Source of the DNA: Actinomycetes bacterium | Lineage (GTDB): Bacteria; Actinomycetota; Acidimicrobiia; Acidimicrobiales; JAKAOS01 | DNA length: 45,697 nucleotides | Direction: 5' to 3' | Assembly: GCA_021823165.1 (NCBI GenBank) | Contig: JAKAOS010000003.1 | Location: 1 to 45,697 of the forward strand | Part shown: piece by piece, positions 1-9,600 of the stretch | Layout: every line of letters begins with the position of its first letter | Numbering within the stretch: the first letter of the stretch is position 1 | The notes under the pieces: model-generated | The model's input: only the letters and a program-made list of their open reading frames with translations | Database searches by the model: none | Told to the model about the DNA's origin: nothing | Program-made: the position numbers and the translations under genes

Positions 1-128
1 CCTCCGGCCCACTCCCAGAATCGGCCCGGCCCACTGCACCGCCAGAGCGCATCGACAACAAAGTTGACGAGGCAGTAGAGGGCAGCTGGGTCGTTGTCGA
101 GGAGCCTTCCAGACCCGCACAGAGGTGA
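1..128 (+). CDS. Possible 3' end of a gene entering the window (hypothetical)
   Basis: Open frame from base 3 (SGPLPESARPTAPPERIDNKVDEAVEGSWVVVEEPSRPAQR) to TGA at 126-128; no recognisable motif. Confidence 0.35.
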   Translation, partial: SGPLPESARPTAPPERIDNKVDEAVEGSWVVVEEPSRPAQR

Positions 129-196
129 CAAACACCGACCTCGGCGACCGGACCGATACCCGCCGCCGCCGGGGGAAATCCCAGCCTGCCACGGGT

Positions 197-793
197 TCAG
201 CCGGTGCAGTCGAACACCCGACAGCCCATGTAGACCAGGCGGGCAACGATGTCCTCCTTCAGCGGCTGTGCGGCTAGGAGCGACCTTTTGCCACGAATGC
301 CGAAGCCCATCTTGGCCTTGCCAAGCCAGTACTTCACGAGTTCGGCGTCCGGGAAGCACTCAAGGCGTAGCTGGCCTGTCTCCGACTTGGCTGGCCAGAT
401 TTCGACTTCTATGCGGCCATGGGCGCCGCCAGGCTCAGGTACATCGGCCGATGCGCGGGCAGGCATCTTCTCCAGAATGAAGCCAGCTTGTAGTAGGAGC
501 TGGCGCACCGACGACACCTCGCTGTTATCAATCAAATCGAAGCTTATGTATGGATACTTGCCCAGGCCGGCACAGCGCACGCAGGCAGTGATGGGCTCTC
601 CGAAAATGGGGCTCTCAAACTTGCAGCCACAGTGGAGCATGTTGCAACGCCACTCAAGGCTCTTGCCCTTTTTAACGAGGAGTTCAAGAGCTTCTCTCAT
701 GTCACTCTGCTCACCCTCGAGAGACCAGCCATCTGCCTCAGAATCGTGATAGAGGGATAAGGTGACGACACAGCCGTCGTGTTCGTCGGTCAT
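197..793 (-). CDS. Hypothetical protein with Cys cluster (possible zinc ribbon)
   Basis: 198-aa ORF; strong RBS (GAAAGGAG) 5 nt before ATG; CNMLHCGC...CVRC; protein-like composition. Confidence 0.7.
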   Translation of the reverse strand: MTDEHDGCVVTLSLYHDSEADGWSLEGEQSDMREALELLVKKGKSLEWRCNMLHCGCKFESPIFGEPITACVRCAGLGKYPYISFDLIDNSEVSSVRQLLLQAGFILEKMPARASADVPEPGGAHGRIEVEIWPAKSETGQLRLECFPDAELVKYWLGKAKMGFGIRGKRSLLAAQPLKEDIVARLVYMGCRVFDCTG

Positions 794-1144
794 TGGTTCT
801 CCTTTCGGTCCTCTTCGATGTCAATACACAGATGAGTGGCTATAAAAAATGCCTAGCCTGGTGACAAGCCATCTTTTGCACACCACCCCATCCGGAGCCG
901 CCGGCCCTTGGTGGCTGACAGAGCAATCATGACCCAGCCCTGTGACATCACCGGCTCGCAAAGACAGCACAGATGCGCCAGAACCACAACCACCGCAACG
1001 ATGAGGCCAGAACTGCAATGTCAGGCCAGCTTTCTGCCCTGATGGGAGGGGCACCGCGCCGGACAACACCACGGCGCTCCTTTTGAGCAGTTCAGCCGTT
1101 TTGGCCGCAGTCGGGCGCAACCGTTACGTGGGAGACCGATCCCG

Positions 1145-1160
1145 GTAACGGCGTCGAAAC
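1145..1160 (+). promoter_or_regulatory. Putative GlnR box
   Basis: GTAAC-ggcgtc-GAAAC matches the actinobacterial GlnR consensus gTnAc-n6-GaAAc, 23 nt upstream of the ATP-grasp operon. Confidence 0.55.
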
Positions 1161-1183
1161 ACGGCAAGGATAAGAAGGGGGCA

Positions 1184-2623
1184 ATGGGAGACCTCTTCGA
1201 GTCCTACACCATGGGCCCGGAATGGGACGAGATGTTCGCAGCTCCGGCGCTTCCCAGGGAGGAAGCCAGGCTTTTGGCCGAAGCCCTCGGCACCGTAGCC
1301 GAGGCGGAACTGGAACGGCGATGTGCGGAGGCCGCCAGGTCCTTCCGCGACCGTGGGATCACCTTTTCGCTGTCGGGAGAGGAACGACCTTTCCCCCTCG
1401 ACCCGGTGCCGCGTCTGATCCGGCATGACGACTGGAGGATCATCGAGGCCGGGGTGACCCAGAGGGTAAGGGCACTCGAAGCCTTCCTGGCCGACGCCTA
1501 CGGCCAGGGCGAGGTATTCGACGATGGCGTGGTGCCCAGGTCCGTCGTGCTCACCTCGAAGCACTTCCACCGAGCAGCCTGGGGAATCGGCCATCCCGGG
1601 GATCCCAGGATCCACGTGGCAGGCATAGATCTAGTACGGGGTCCCGACGGGCGCTTTTTGGTCCTGGAGGACAATCTCCGCATACCTTCAGGGGTTTCCT
1701 ACGTCATAGAGAATCGGCGCCTTATGGCTCGCATTTTTCCCGAGCTCTTCAATGCCCAACGGGTCCGGCCTGTGGCGGAGTACCCAGAGAAGCTGTTGTC
1801 AGCCCTCAAGGCATCGGCCCGGAGCGGTGGGCCAGACCCCAAGGTTGTCCTACTCACGCCGGGCATCCATAACCCCGCCTACTCCGAGCACGTCTTTCTG
1901 GCCCGCCAGATGGGCGTGGACCTGGTGGAGGGGGCGGATCTCAGATGCCGGGACAACATGGTTTGGCTGCGGACCACAAAGGGAGACCAACGCGTAGACG
2001 TCCTCTACCGCAGGGTCGATGACGAGTACCTCGACCCGGTCCATTTCCGGCCGGAGTCCGTCCTGGGTTGCCCCGGCGTCCTCAACGCGGCCCGCGCCAA
2101 CAACGTCATAATCGCGAACGCCGTGGGCAACGGGGTAGCCGACGACAAGCTGGTCTGCACCTACGTCGGGGACATGATCCGCTACTACCTCGGCGAAAAG
2201 CCACTCTTGGAAAGCCCCAAGACCTATCGGCTGGCCGAGCCCGAGCAGATGTCGGAGGCCTTGGCACGCATGGACCAGTTGGTTTTCAAACCCGTCGACG
2301 GGTCGGGAGGCAAGGGCCTGGTCTTCGGCCCCGATGCAAAGGACTCCGAACTGGAACAACTCCGCCGCCTGATCCACAGCGATCCGCGGTCCTGGATTGC
2401 CCAGGAGGTGATCAGGCTTTCCTGTGTTCCCTCACGCACCCCTGATGGGCTGAGGCCCAGGCACGTCGATCTGAGACCCTTTGCGATAAACGACGGGAAC
2501 AGGATCTGGGTAATGCCGGGAGGCCTTACCAGGGTGTCGCAGTCGGGCGAAAGCCTGGTCGTCAACTCGAGTCAGGGGGGTGGGTCCAAAGACACCTGGG
2601 TGCTTACGGAGCCGCCTTGCTGA
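1184..2623 (+). CDS. Circularly permuted type 2 ATP-grasp protein
   Basis: Motifs GIDLVR, VLEDNLRIPSGVSY, YRRVDDEYLDP, NAVGNGVADDK, KPVDGSGG, RHVDLRPF, GGLTRV, VVNSSQGGGSKDTWV. Confidence 0.93.
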   Translation: MGDLFESYTMGPEWDEMFAAPALPREEARLLAEALGTVAEAELERRCAEAARSFRDRGITFSLSGEERPFPLDPVPRLIRHDDWRIIEAGVTQRVRALEAFLADAYGQGEVFDDGVVPRSVVLTSKHFHRAAWGIGHPGDPRIHVAGIDLVRGPDGRFLVLEDNLRIPSGVSYVIENRRLMARIFPELFNAQRVRPVAEYPEKLLSALKASARSGGPDPKVVLLTPGIHNPAYSEHVFLARQMGVDLVEGADLRCRDNMVWLRTTKGDQRVDVLYRRVDDEYLDPVHFRPESVLGCPGVLNAARANNVIIANAVGNGVADDKLVCTYVGDMIRYYLGEKPLLESPKTYRLAEPEQMSEALARMDQLVFKPVDGSGGKGLVFGPDAKDSELEQLRRLIHSDPRSWIAQEVIRLSCVPSRTPDGLRPRHVDLRPFAINDGNRIWVMPGGLTRVSQSGESLVVNSSQGGGSKDTWVLTEPPC

Positions 2624-3609
2624 CCCGCATGGCGGAATCACTGTTCTGGGTGGGCCGCTACACCGAGAGAGCGGATGACACCGCTCGGATACTGGACGTG
2701 ACCCTTCACAACGTACTCGAGGGATCCAACCTTGATGCTTCGGTCGTCCTCGCCGAGCTGTGCCACACGATGGGCATCGATGTTCCCCCCGAGGGCCTGT
2801 CTCCCGCCGCGGTGACCGAGGCACTCGCCTATAGCGACGACGGCTCCTCCTCGATCGTCGCATCGGTGCGCTCGGCCAGGGAGGCAGCCAGGGGCGTGCG
2901 GCAGGCGATCTCGGCCGAGCTGTGGGAATGTCTCAATGCCACCCACTACGAAATGCCCTCGGCCGTCACAAAGGCAGCATCCATGGGTCCTCACTCCCTG
3001 TTCCGATACACAAAGGAGCGGGCCGCCCTCACGGCGGGACTTGCGGACTCGACCATGAGCCGGGACGAGGGATGGCACTTTTTGGTCTTGGGCCGGAACC
3101 TGGAGCGGGTGGACATGACTGCGCGCCTTTTGCTGGCAAGCCACCACGGCACCGGGGGACAGCAGGACTGGGCCACCACCCTTCGGTGCTGCTCGGCCCA
3201 TGAGGCCTATTTGAAGACCTACCAAAGCCCGCCCAGTGCGCGACCGGCACTGGAGTTCCTCCTCACCAGCCGAAGCTTCCCACGCAGCATCTACTTCGCT
3301 TTATCCTCTGCCGAGCAGGCGGCTTCGGCGGCACTCAACCACAACTCCCGGCATCCCTCCCAGAACCCGGCCCTCAGGCTTTTGGGAGGGGCGAGGGCAT
3401 GGCTGGAGTTCTCCGAAACCGACGCCCTGGTCGCCTCACTACCCAATGCGCTGGGCCGTCTCCAGCAAGCCTGCGCCGAAGCAAGCGACCTGTTATGGGG
3501 AGCTTCAACCCCTCAGGAAAGGTGCTCCTCCTGGGCCAGCGAGCCAATCGCCCTGTCCCGGGTGACCCACCTGGTGAGCCGTGAACGCCAGGCAGCGGAG
3601 ACGTCATGA
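2617..3609 (+). CDS. Alpha-E domain protein (DUF403-like)
   Basis: MLTRMAESLFWVGRYTERADDTARIL, GRNLERVDMTARLL, FPRSI; TTG start overlaps the ATP-grasp stop. Confidence 0.9.
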   Translation: MLTRMAESLFWVGRYTERADDTARILDVTLHNVLEGSNLDASVVLAELCHTMGIDVPPEGLSPAAVTEALAYSDDGSSSIVASVRSAREAARGVRQAISAELWECLNATHYEMPSAVTKAASMGPHSLFRYTKERAALTAGLADSTMSRDEGWHFLVLGRNLERVDMTARLLLASHHGTGGQQDWATTLRCCSAHEAYLKTYQSPPSARPALEFLLTSRSFPRSIYFALSSAEQAASAALNHNSRHPSQNPALRLLGGARAWLEFSETDALVASLPNALGRLQQACAEASDLLWGASTPQERCSSWASEPIALSRVTHLVSRERQAAETS

Positions 3610-4445
3610 CCTGGCGCATCGCATGCCGGCATCAGACCTCCTACCGCTACCAGGGACCGGCGTATGCGTCCTTCAACGAGGTGAGGATCAGCCCCCTCAC
3701 CACGCTGCGCCAGACGGTCCTGGAGGCCGACGTGACCGTCGAGCCCAAGGTCTCCTGCTACCGCTACTGGGACTACTGGGGCACCCTCGTCCACTGCTTC
3801 GACCTGCACGATCCCCACACCGAACTGGTGGTGACGGCCGACTCCATTACCGAGGTCGATCCGCCTCCGCCTCCGGTGGCCGGCTCCTGGGAGACCATCC
3901 ATTCGCCAGAGACTGTCGAACGGTTTTCCGAGCTGCTCATGCCAACCCACTTCGTGCCCGCGGACCCAGACCTGGCACGCGAGGCCAGGCACATCGTTAG
4001 GGGACTGGAACCCCTGGCTGCGGCCGGGGCACTGGCGGAATGGACCCGAGCCAGGCTGGCCTACGAACCAGGGGCCACCGCTGTTTCCACCTCGGCAACG
4101 GAGGCTCTGCGAATGGGACGGGGCGTCTGCCAGGACTTTGCCCATCTGCTGCTCCTGATGCTGCGCAGCGTGGGCATACCCGCCCGCTACGTCTCTGGAT
4201 ATCTCCACCCCCACCCCGATGCCGGGGTGGGGGCGACGGTCCTCGCGGAGAGCCACGCCTGGGTGGATGCGTGGCTCGGGGACTGGGTGGCTATCGACCC
4301 CACAAACATGACGCCGGTCAGCACGGGACATGTGACGGTGGCACGGGGCCGGGACTACGAAGACGTCCCGCCAATTCGCGGCGTCTACCAGGGAGACGCC
4401 GTCGATCAACTGTCGGTCAGGGTCGAGATGACCCGGCTTCGCTGA
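3606..4445 (+). CDS. Transglutaminase-like protein with bacterial N-terminal domain
   Basis: Catalytic motifs GVCQDFAH, ARYVSGY, SHAW, DPTN, ARGRDYEDVPP; ATGA overlap with alpha-E gene. Confidence 0.93.
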   Translation: MTWRIACRHQTSYRYQGPAYASFNEVRISPLTTLRQTVLEADVTVEPKVSCYRYWDYWGTLVHCFDLHDPHTELVVTADSITEVDPPPPPVAGSWETIHSPETVERFSELLMPTHFVPADPDLAREARHIVRGLEPLAAAGALAEWTRARLAYEPGATAVSTSATEALRMGRGVCQDFAHLLLLMLRSVGIPARYVSGYLHPHPDAGVGATVLAESHAWVDAWLGDWVAIDPTNMTPVSTGHVTVARGRDYEDVPPIRGVYQGDAVDQLSVRVEMTRLR

Positions 4446-4474
4446 ACTCCTCGCTAGGCGAGGGAGAACTCAGC
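4441..4474. terminator. Hairpin between convergent genes (possible bidirectional terminator)
   Basis: CCTCGC-tag-GCGAGG stem with outer GCTGA/TCAGC pairing, between the transglutaminase and sufB stops; no U-tract. Confidence 0.4.
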
Positions 4475-5870
4475 CGACCGAGCCCTCCATCTGCAGCTCG
4501 ATGAGCCGGCTCCACTCCACTGCGTACTCCATGGGCAGGGTCTTGGTGACGGGCTCGATGAATCCGTTGACGATCATCCCCATGGCCTCGGACTCCGAAA
4601 GCCCCCGGCTCATCAGGTAGAAGAGCTGGTCCTCACCGACCTTGGAGACGGTCGCCTCGTGGCCTATCTGGGCGTCCCGCTCCCCCACCTCCATATACGG
4701 AAGGGTCTTGGAGACGCTGTCCTGGTCCAGGATCAAAGCGTCGCAGCGCACAAAGCTCTTGGAGTTCTTTGCACCCTCATCCACGTGCACCAAGCCCCGG
4801 TAGGTGGTGGTCCCGCCGTCTTTGGATATCGACTTGGACACGATGGTCGAGGTCGTCTCGGGAGCCGCATGTACCATCTTGGCACCCGCGTCCTGGTGCT
4901 GGCCCTCCCCGGCGTAGGCGACGGAAAGCACCTCACCGGAGGCTTTGGGGCCCATGAGATAGACGCTGGGGTACTTCATGGTGAGCCGGGATCCGATGTT
5001 GCCATCGATCCACTCGACCCGCGCCTCGGTCTCGGCCCGTGCCCGCTTGGTGACCAGGTTGTAGACGTTGTTGGACCAGTTCTGGATCGTCGTGTAGGTG
5101 ATGCGTGCACCCGGCTTGGCAATCAGCTCCACCACCGCGGAGTGCAGGGAGTCCGAGGTGTAGACGGGGGCAGAACAGCCCTCGATGTAGTGCACCTGGG
5201 AACCCTCGTCCGCGATGATCAGCGTCCGCTCGAACTGGCCCATGTTCTCGGCGTTTATGCGGAAATAAGCCTGAAGCGGCATGGAGACGGTGACGCCGGG
5301 TGGGACATAGATGAAGGATCCGCCCGACCACACCGCCGAGTTCAGGGCTGCGAACTTGTTGTCGTTGGGGGGGATGACCGTCCCGAAGTAGGAGCGAACC
5401 AGCTCTGGGTACTCCCGAACGGCCGTATCCATGTCGCAGAAGATGACTCCCTGCGCCTCCAGGTCGGCCCGGTTGCGGTGGTAGACGACCTCGGACTCAT
5501 ACTGGGCGGTGACGCCCGCCAGGTACTTGCGCTCGGCCTCTGGGATCCCCAGCTTCTCATAGGTCCGCTTGACCGACTCGGGCAGCTGCTCCCACGCGTC
5601 GACCTGCTTCTCGGTCGGCTTTATGTAGTAGTAGATGTCCTGGAAATCGAGGTCCGGCATGTTGACGGCGAACCATTTGGCCATGGGGCGCCTCTCGAAG
5701 TGCCGGAAGGACTTGAGCCGGAAGTTCCGCATCCAGTCCGGCTCACCCTTCATCCAAGACATCTCGCGGACGATGTCCTCGTTCAGGCCCTTCTTCGGCT
5801 TGAACACGTAATCTTCGACATCGCTCCACCCGAGTTTGTACCGTCCCAGGTCCAATTCGGTGGTGGCCAT
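4470..5870 (-). CDS. sufB: Fe-S cluster assembly protein SufB
   Basis: [64 protein letters not shown]-terminal EGSVG; RBS GAGGAG. Confidence 0.97.
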   Translation of the reverse strand: MATTELDLGRYKLGWSDVEDYVFKPKKGLNEDIVREMSWMKGEPDWMRNFRLKSFRHFERRPMAKWFAVNMPDLDFQDIYYYIKPTEKQVDAWEQLPESVKRTYEKLGIPEAERKYLAGVTAQYESEVVYHRNRADLEAQGVIFCDMDTAVREYPELVRSYFGTVIPPNDNKFAALNSAVWSGGSFIYVPPGVTVSMPLQAYFRINAENMGQFERTLIIADEGSQVHYIEGCSAPVYTSDSLHSAVVELIAKPGARITYTTIQNWSNNVYNLVTKRARAETEARVEWIDGNIGSRLTMKYPSVYLMGPKASGEVLSVAYAGEGQHQDAGAKMVHAAPETTSTIVSKSISKDGGTTTYRGLVHVDEGAKNSKSFVRCDALILDQDSVSKTLPYMEVGERDAQIGHEATVSKVGEDQLFYLMSRGLSESEAMGMIVNGFIEPVTKTLPMEYAVEWSRLIELQMEGSVG

Positions 5871-5926
5871 CGATCACTCCTCGTTCCAGCGAAACCCGGA
5901 AGGGCGAGCGCCTCCCGTCGGATTAA

Positions 5927-5942
5927 CACTATCCGGATAGTG
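5927..5942. promoter_or_regulatory. 16-bp perfect palindrome, candidate operator of sufB
   Basis: CACTATCCGGATAGTG, just downstream of a TAGGGT -10-like box (minus strand, 5951-5946). Confidence 0.55.
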
Positions 5943-6047
5943 ACAACCCTAGCCACTTGCGAAGGAAGGACGGTAAGGGGAGGGCAACTTCTCCTTTCGG
6001 CACCCGCTGGTGGGCCCAACCAAAAGCCCTACGGGACCTCCGCCGCG

Positions 6048-7670
6048 TCAGGGCCGGAAGTAGAAGTTGAGTGGCACCCCGCCTGCCGCTGAGAAGGAAA
6101 CGGGGCGTCCCCCCACCGACATGGAGAGATTGACCGGGTCCCCGGCCCTCACCCACAGAGAACCGCCAATCGACGCCAGCACCCGCACCTGACCCGGGTA
6201 CAGGGTCCCTTCCCATGCGACGGCGCCGGTCGGGCTTGGGAGCTCCTCGACCCAGCAGGGGCCGCTACCGGTGTCCTTCATGACCACGGCAAAGGTCCCG
6301 GTTCCGACGGAGTAGGCAAGGGTGCCGGCCGCGTTGGAACTCGCCTTGAGTGCCACTGTGGCGTGGCTGGGTTGAACCCGGGTGGGCTGGTTCGCGACCC
6401 GGGGATGGGACCTGGGCACGGGTTGAGAGACCACCACCGCGGTCACCGAAACCGCAACTATTGCAACGGCAGCGGGAACCAGGACCGAGGGGGCCCGAAG
6501 CTGATCCCATAGCGATGAGCGTTCCTGGCGCTCCGGATAGGTGGCCGCCAGGCTCACGGCTCCGCGGCCTGCGGAGACCCGGTCCCCCTGCAATGGCCTC
6601 GCTGGCACCTGCGGCCTGGCTGGCACTCTCTCCAGCACCCCGGCTCCCGCATCGGCATAGGCGGGATCCTCGGCACCGGCCAGCGAGTCGGCAAAGATGG
6701 CCGTCTCCTCGGCCTCCTCGTCGCCCGTCGCTGCAGGGAGCACAGCGGCAGCGTTGCCACTACCGCCATTGGGATCAGCGGCAGCCGCCCTTCGGGCCTC
6801 AGGTGCCTGAGCGGCCCGTACGCCGTCCCTGAGATCCACCTGGAAATCGCTCCCGGCAACAGCCTGGCCAGCATCCTCATTCACCGTTTCCGGACCAGGG
6901 CCGGGACTGGCCTCTTGCTGAAGGGCACCGGCCTCTTGCTGAAGGGCACTGGCCTCTTGCTGAAGGGCAGCGGCGGATGGGGAGACTCCGGCGTCAGAGG
7001 TCTGAGCGGGAGGTGCAAAGGCGCTTTCCCTTGCTGCATCGCGAAGCTGGGCGGCAAGAGGAGCAAGGGGCGACTCGACGCCCTTGGGCGGGGAGGGCTC
7101 CAGAGCTTCAGGCCTGGGGGCGACACCTGAAACCGTGCGGCCGTCGGTGGCCGCCCAGGCCGCAGCCGGTTCAGCGGTCCCCTCCCCGGGGGGGAGCGGG
7201 GAGGAGGGCGAGGAGGACAGCCGGGTCGGAACCGAGGGCCGTTCCAACGGGACCACGGGCCCAGGGCGCTCGGCGCGGCGCCGGTCGCCACCGGCTACCT
7301 CGGGCGCCGATGGCCTCTTCGGCCGGAGCGGCGGCACGGGATGCAACAAACCCTCCGACACCCCGTCAATGGCCTCTCCGGGCGGCTCGTCGTCCTTGTC
7401 CTTGGTGAGATCGACCACGGCGGTGGGCCGACCCTTGGTCACTCCTCCGAGAACCTGCAGCGACCGCTCGTAGTCGGACACCGAACGGCTCTGAGATGTG
7501 GGGCCGCCGCGCCTGCGGTAGGCGTACATGCCACCAAGCGCCGCGGCAGTCACCGCGAACACGATGTCGATAGTCGGCATCGATACGACAGCCTCCAAAA
7601 GGGGTACCAACCCCAAACCTCCGGCCAGGACGGCCCAGCGCCGCCTGGTCAACGCCAGGCTAACCGACAA
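6048..7670 (-). CDS. Membrane protein with long Pro/Ala-rich linker and C-terminal DUF4115 (RodZ C-terminal-like) domain
   Basis: Two N-terminal hydrophobic segments, low-complexity middle, TM segment VLVPAAVAIVAVSVTAVVVS, then CWVE...WEGTLYPG...VRAGDPVNLSMSVGG; start uncertain. Confidence 0.7.
   Translation of the reverse strand: MSVSLALTRRRWAVLAGGLGLVPLLEAVVSMPTIDIVFAVTAAALGGMYAYRRRGGPTSQSRSVSDYERSLQVLGGVTKGRPTAVVDLTKDKDDEPPGEAIDGVSEGLLHPVPPLRPKRPSAPEVAGGDRRRAERPGPVVPLERPSVPTRLSSSPSSPLPPGEGTAEPAAAWAATDGRTVSGVAPRPEALEPSPPKGVESPLAPLAAQLRDAARESAFAPPAQTSDAGVSPSAAALQQEASALQQEAGALQQEASPGPGPETVNEDAGQAVAGSDFQVDLRDGVRAAQAPEARRAAAADPNGGSGNAAAVLPAATGDEEAEETAIFADSLAGAEDPAYADAGAGVLERVPARPQVPARPLQGDRVSAGRGAVSLAATYPERQERSSLWDQLRAPSVLVPAAVAIVAVSVTAVVVSQPVPRSHPRVANQPTRVQPSHATVALKASSNAAGTLAYSVGTGTFAVVMKDTGSGPCWVEELPSPTGAVAWEGTLYPGQVRVLASIGGSLWVRAGDPVNLSMSVGGRPVSFSAAGGVPLNFYFRP
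6906..6968. repeat. 3 x 21-bp in-frame tandem repeat
   Basis: ACYGGCCTCTTGCTGAAGGGC x3, encoding ALQQEA(S/G) on the minus strand. Confidence 0.95.
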
Positions 7671-7815
7671 ATGCCCCTATGTCCTGAACTTTGCCGCTCC
7701 GCCCGGCCGGCATCGGCGTGGTTGCCATGACCCCCGCTTGGGCAGTGAAGGGGGCCGAGCTCGCCAGGGCGCCCCGCGGGCTCACAGGAAGGACTCTGCC
7801 TACAGGACCTGGCCC

Positions 7816-9600
7816 TCAGGCCCCCATGGGCAAAGTCTTTGTCCGGCCAGGCCCCACCTGGCAGGCCTCCAGGATCCTCACGACCTCGTCTCCGGTCATC
7901 TCTTCGCGCTCCAACAGCTCGTCTCGTAGCGCCTCCAAAGCGCGCCTGTGCCCCTCGAGGTGTCCTTTGGCCTCGGCCTTGGCTCGCCCGAGGAGCTGCT
8001 CCATTGCCCGCCGGCCTTCGTCGGTGGCCGCCACGGCGGCCACGATGCCCTCCCTCGGGGCCAGGGCCGAATAGGAGACGAGCGTGCCGGCCATCCCGAA
8101 CGTCCCCACCATCTGCGCCGCCCAGGAAGTGGCTGCTGCGAGGTCCCCTGCGACGCCGGTGCTTGGCTCGCCAAAGAGCATCTCCTCGGCAACAAGGCCT
8201 CCCATCGCAATCACGATCAGCGCCTCCAACTCCGAGGCGGTCTGGGTGAAGCGTTCCTCTTTGTCGCTGTGCGCAGCCAGCCCCAAAGCGTCGCCACGTT
8301 TCACAATGGAAAGGAACTCCAGACGACGTCCCTCTCCCCTTACCCAGGCCAGCAGCGCATGCCCCGCCTCGTGCGAAGCAATGCGGGCCCGTTCCGTGGG
8401 GGCATACTCGACCGGCTGAGCCAAACCCAACTCCTGGGTCAGCCGGGCTCGTTTCAGGTCGCCCAGCCCCATTCGCTTGCTCCCGCGCCGGATCGCCCAA
8501 ACCAGACCCTCATCCAAGAGCCGTTCGATCATCACCGGCGTATACCCGAGGGTCTCGGAAGCCAGCTCGTCAAGGACTTTGTCATCGTCGAGGGTCTCGT
8601 CGTGGGACTTCCGCTCCAGGTAGAAGTCGAGGATCTGGCGGCGGCCGGCCCGCGCTGGCGGGGCGAAGTGGATGGAGCGATCGAAGCGGCCGGGCCGCAA
8701 CAGCGCCGGGTCCAGGTCACTCGCCCGGTTGGTAGCCCCCACTATCAGCACATTGGCAACTTCCTCGCCCGCAAGGCCCAGGCGCGCCGAGGGAGAAAGG
8801 AAGCGATTGAGCGCCTCGGTGAAACTCCGGCGCAATGCCAGCCAGCCCGAGGGTGCATCAAAGGACTGCATCTGGATGAGAAGTTCGTTCACCACGCCAG
8901 CCACGCCCTCCGCCCCGGGTCCCCTCATCCCTGCACGGGACGCCCCAATTGCATCGATCTCTTCGATGAAGCCGATAGCTCCGCCCTCGGAGCGGGCCAC
9001 CTTGCGCAACACACGGAAATAGGCGCGAATACGGCGATTGGTCTGGCCGTAGTACATCGACTGGAAGGCCGAGGAGGAGACGAAGAGGAAGGGAACCCCC
9101 GCCTCGGCTGCCATCGCTTTGGCCATAAAGGTCTTGCCGGTCCCCGGCGGGCCTTCGAAAAGCACCCCCCGGCGAGGCGAGCCACCCATCTCCCGGTTAA
9201 AGCTGCGATGGGCGCGAAAGATGTTGAGGGTCTGTATCACCTCCTCTACTACGCCATCCATGCCCTTTACGTCCGAAAGCCTCACCGTGCAGTCCTCGGG
9301 GCGGAAAAGCACATGGGGCGACCGCCCCGCCAGCACGAGAGGCGCCACCAGGACCGCTCCGAGCAGCACCACCAGGACCAGGGCCGGGAGCATTGGAGCC
9401 CAGGACGCCGGGAGCGCCATGTGGGGCCAGGGGGATCCACTCGCCCAGATCCGCCACCACATGTATCCAGCGACCAGGCCAAGCACCACGGCGAGGCGGA
9501 CAAGCCGCCGCCTCCGCGCCCTCTCCCTTGTCCGTTCTACGTCGGTTGCATGCGATTTGAGCACTTCATTACCACTTAGCGTATCCAGTGCCACCACCAT
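7816..9600 (-). CDS. FtsH-like membrane AAA+ ATPase / M41 zinc metalloprotease (atypical paralog)
   Basis: Two TM helices, Walker A GPPGTGKT, Walker B FIEEID, SRH ATNR..LDPALLRPGRFDR, HEAGH, GGLVAEE, STG..GDL; RBS GGGAGG. Confidence 0.88.
   Translation of the reverse strand: MVVALDTLSGNEVLKSHATDVERTRERARRRRLVRLAVVLGLVAGYMWWRIWASGSPWPHMALPASWAPMLPALVLVVLLGAVLVAPLVLAGRSPHVLFRPEDCTVRLSDVKGMDGVVEEVIQTLNIFRAHRSFNREMGGSPRRGVLFEGPPGTGKTFMAKAMAAEAGVPFLFVSSSAFQSMYYGQTNRRIRAYFRVLRKVARSEGGAIGFIEEIDAIGASRAGMRGPGAEGVAGVVNELLIQMQSFDAPSGWLALRRSFTEALNRFLSPSARLGLAGEEVANVLIVGATNRASDLDPALLRPGRFDRSIHFAPPARAGRRQILDFYLERKSHDETLDDDKVLDELASETLGYTPVMIERLLDEGLVWAIRRGSKRMGLGDLKRARLTQELGLAQPVEYAPTERARIASHEAGHALLAWVRGEGRRLEFLSIVKRGDALGLAAHSDKEERFTQTASELEALIVIAMGGLVAEEMLFGEPSTGVAGDLAAATSWAAQMVGTFGMAGTLVSYSALAPREGIVAAVAATDEGRRAMEQLLGRAKAEAKGHLEGHRRALEALRDELLEREEMTGDEVVRILEACQVGPGRTKTLPMGA

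Noticed and set aside
821-1120. 99-aa minus-strand ORF in the divergent promoter region
   Set aside because: TTG start without RBS or motif; more likely intergenic
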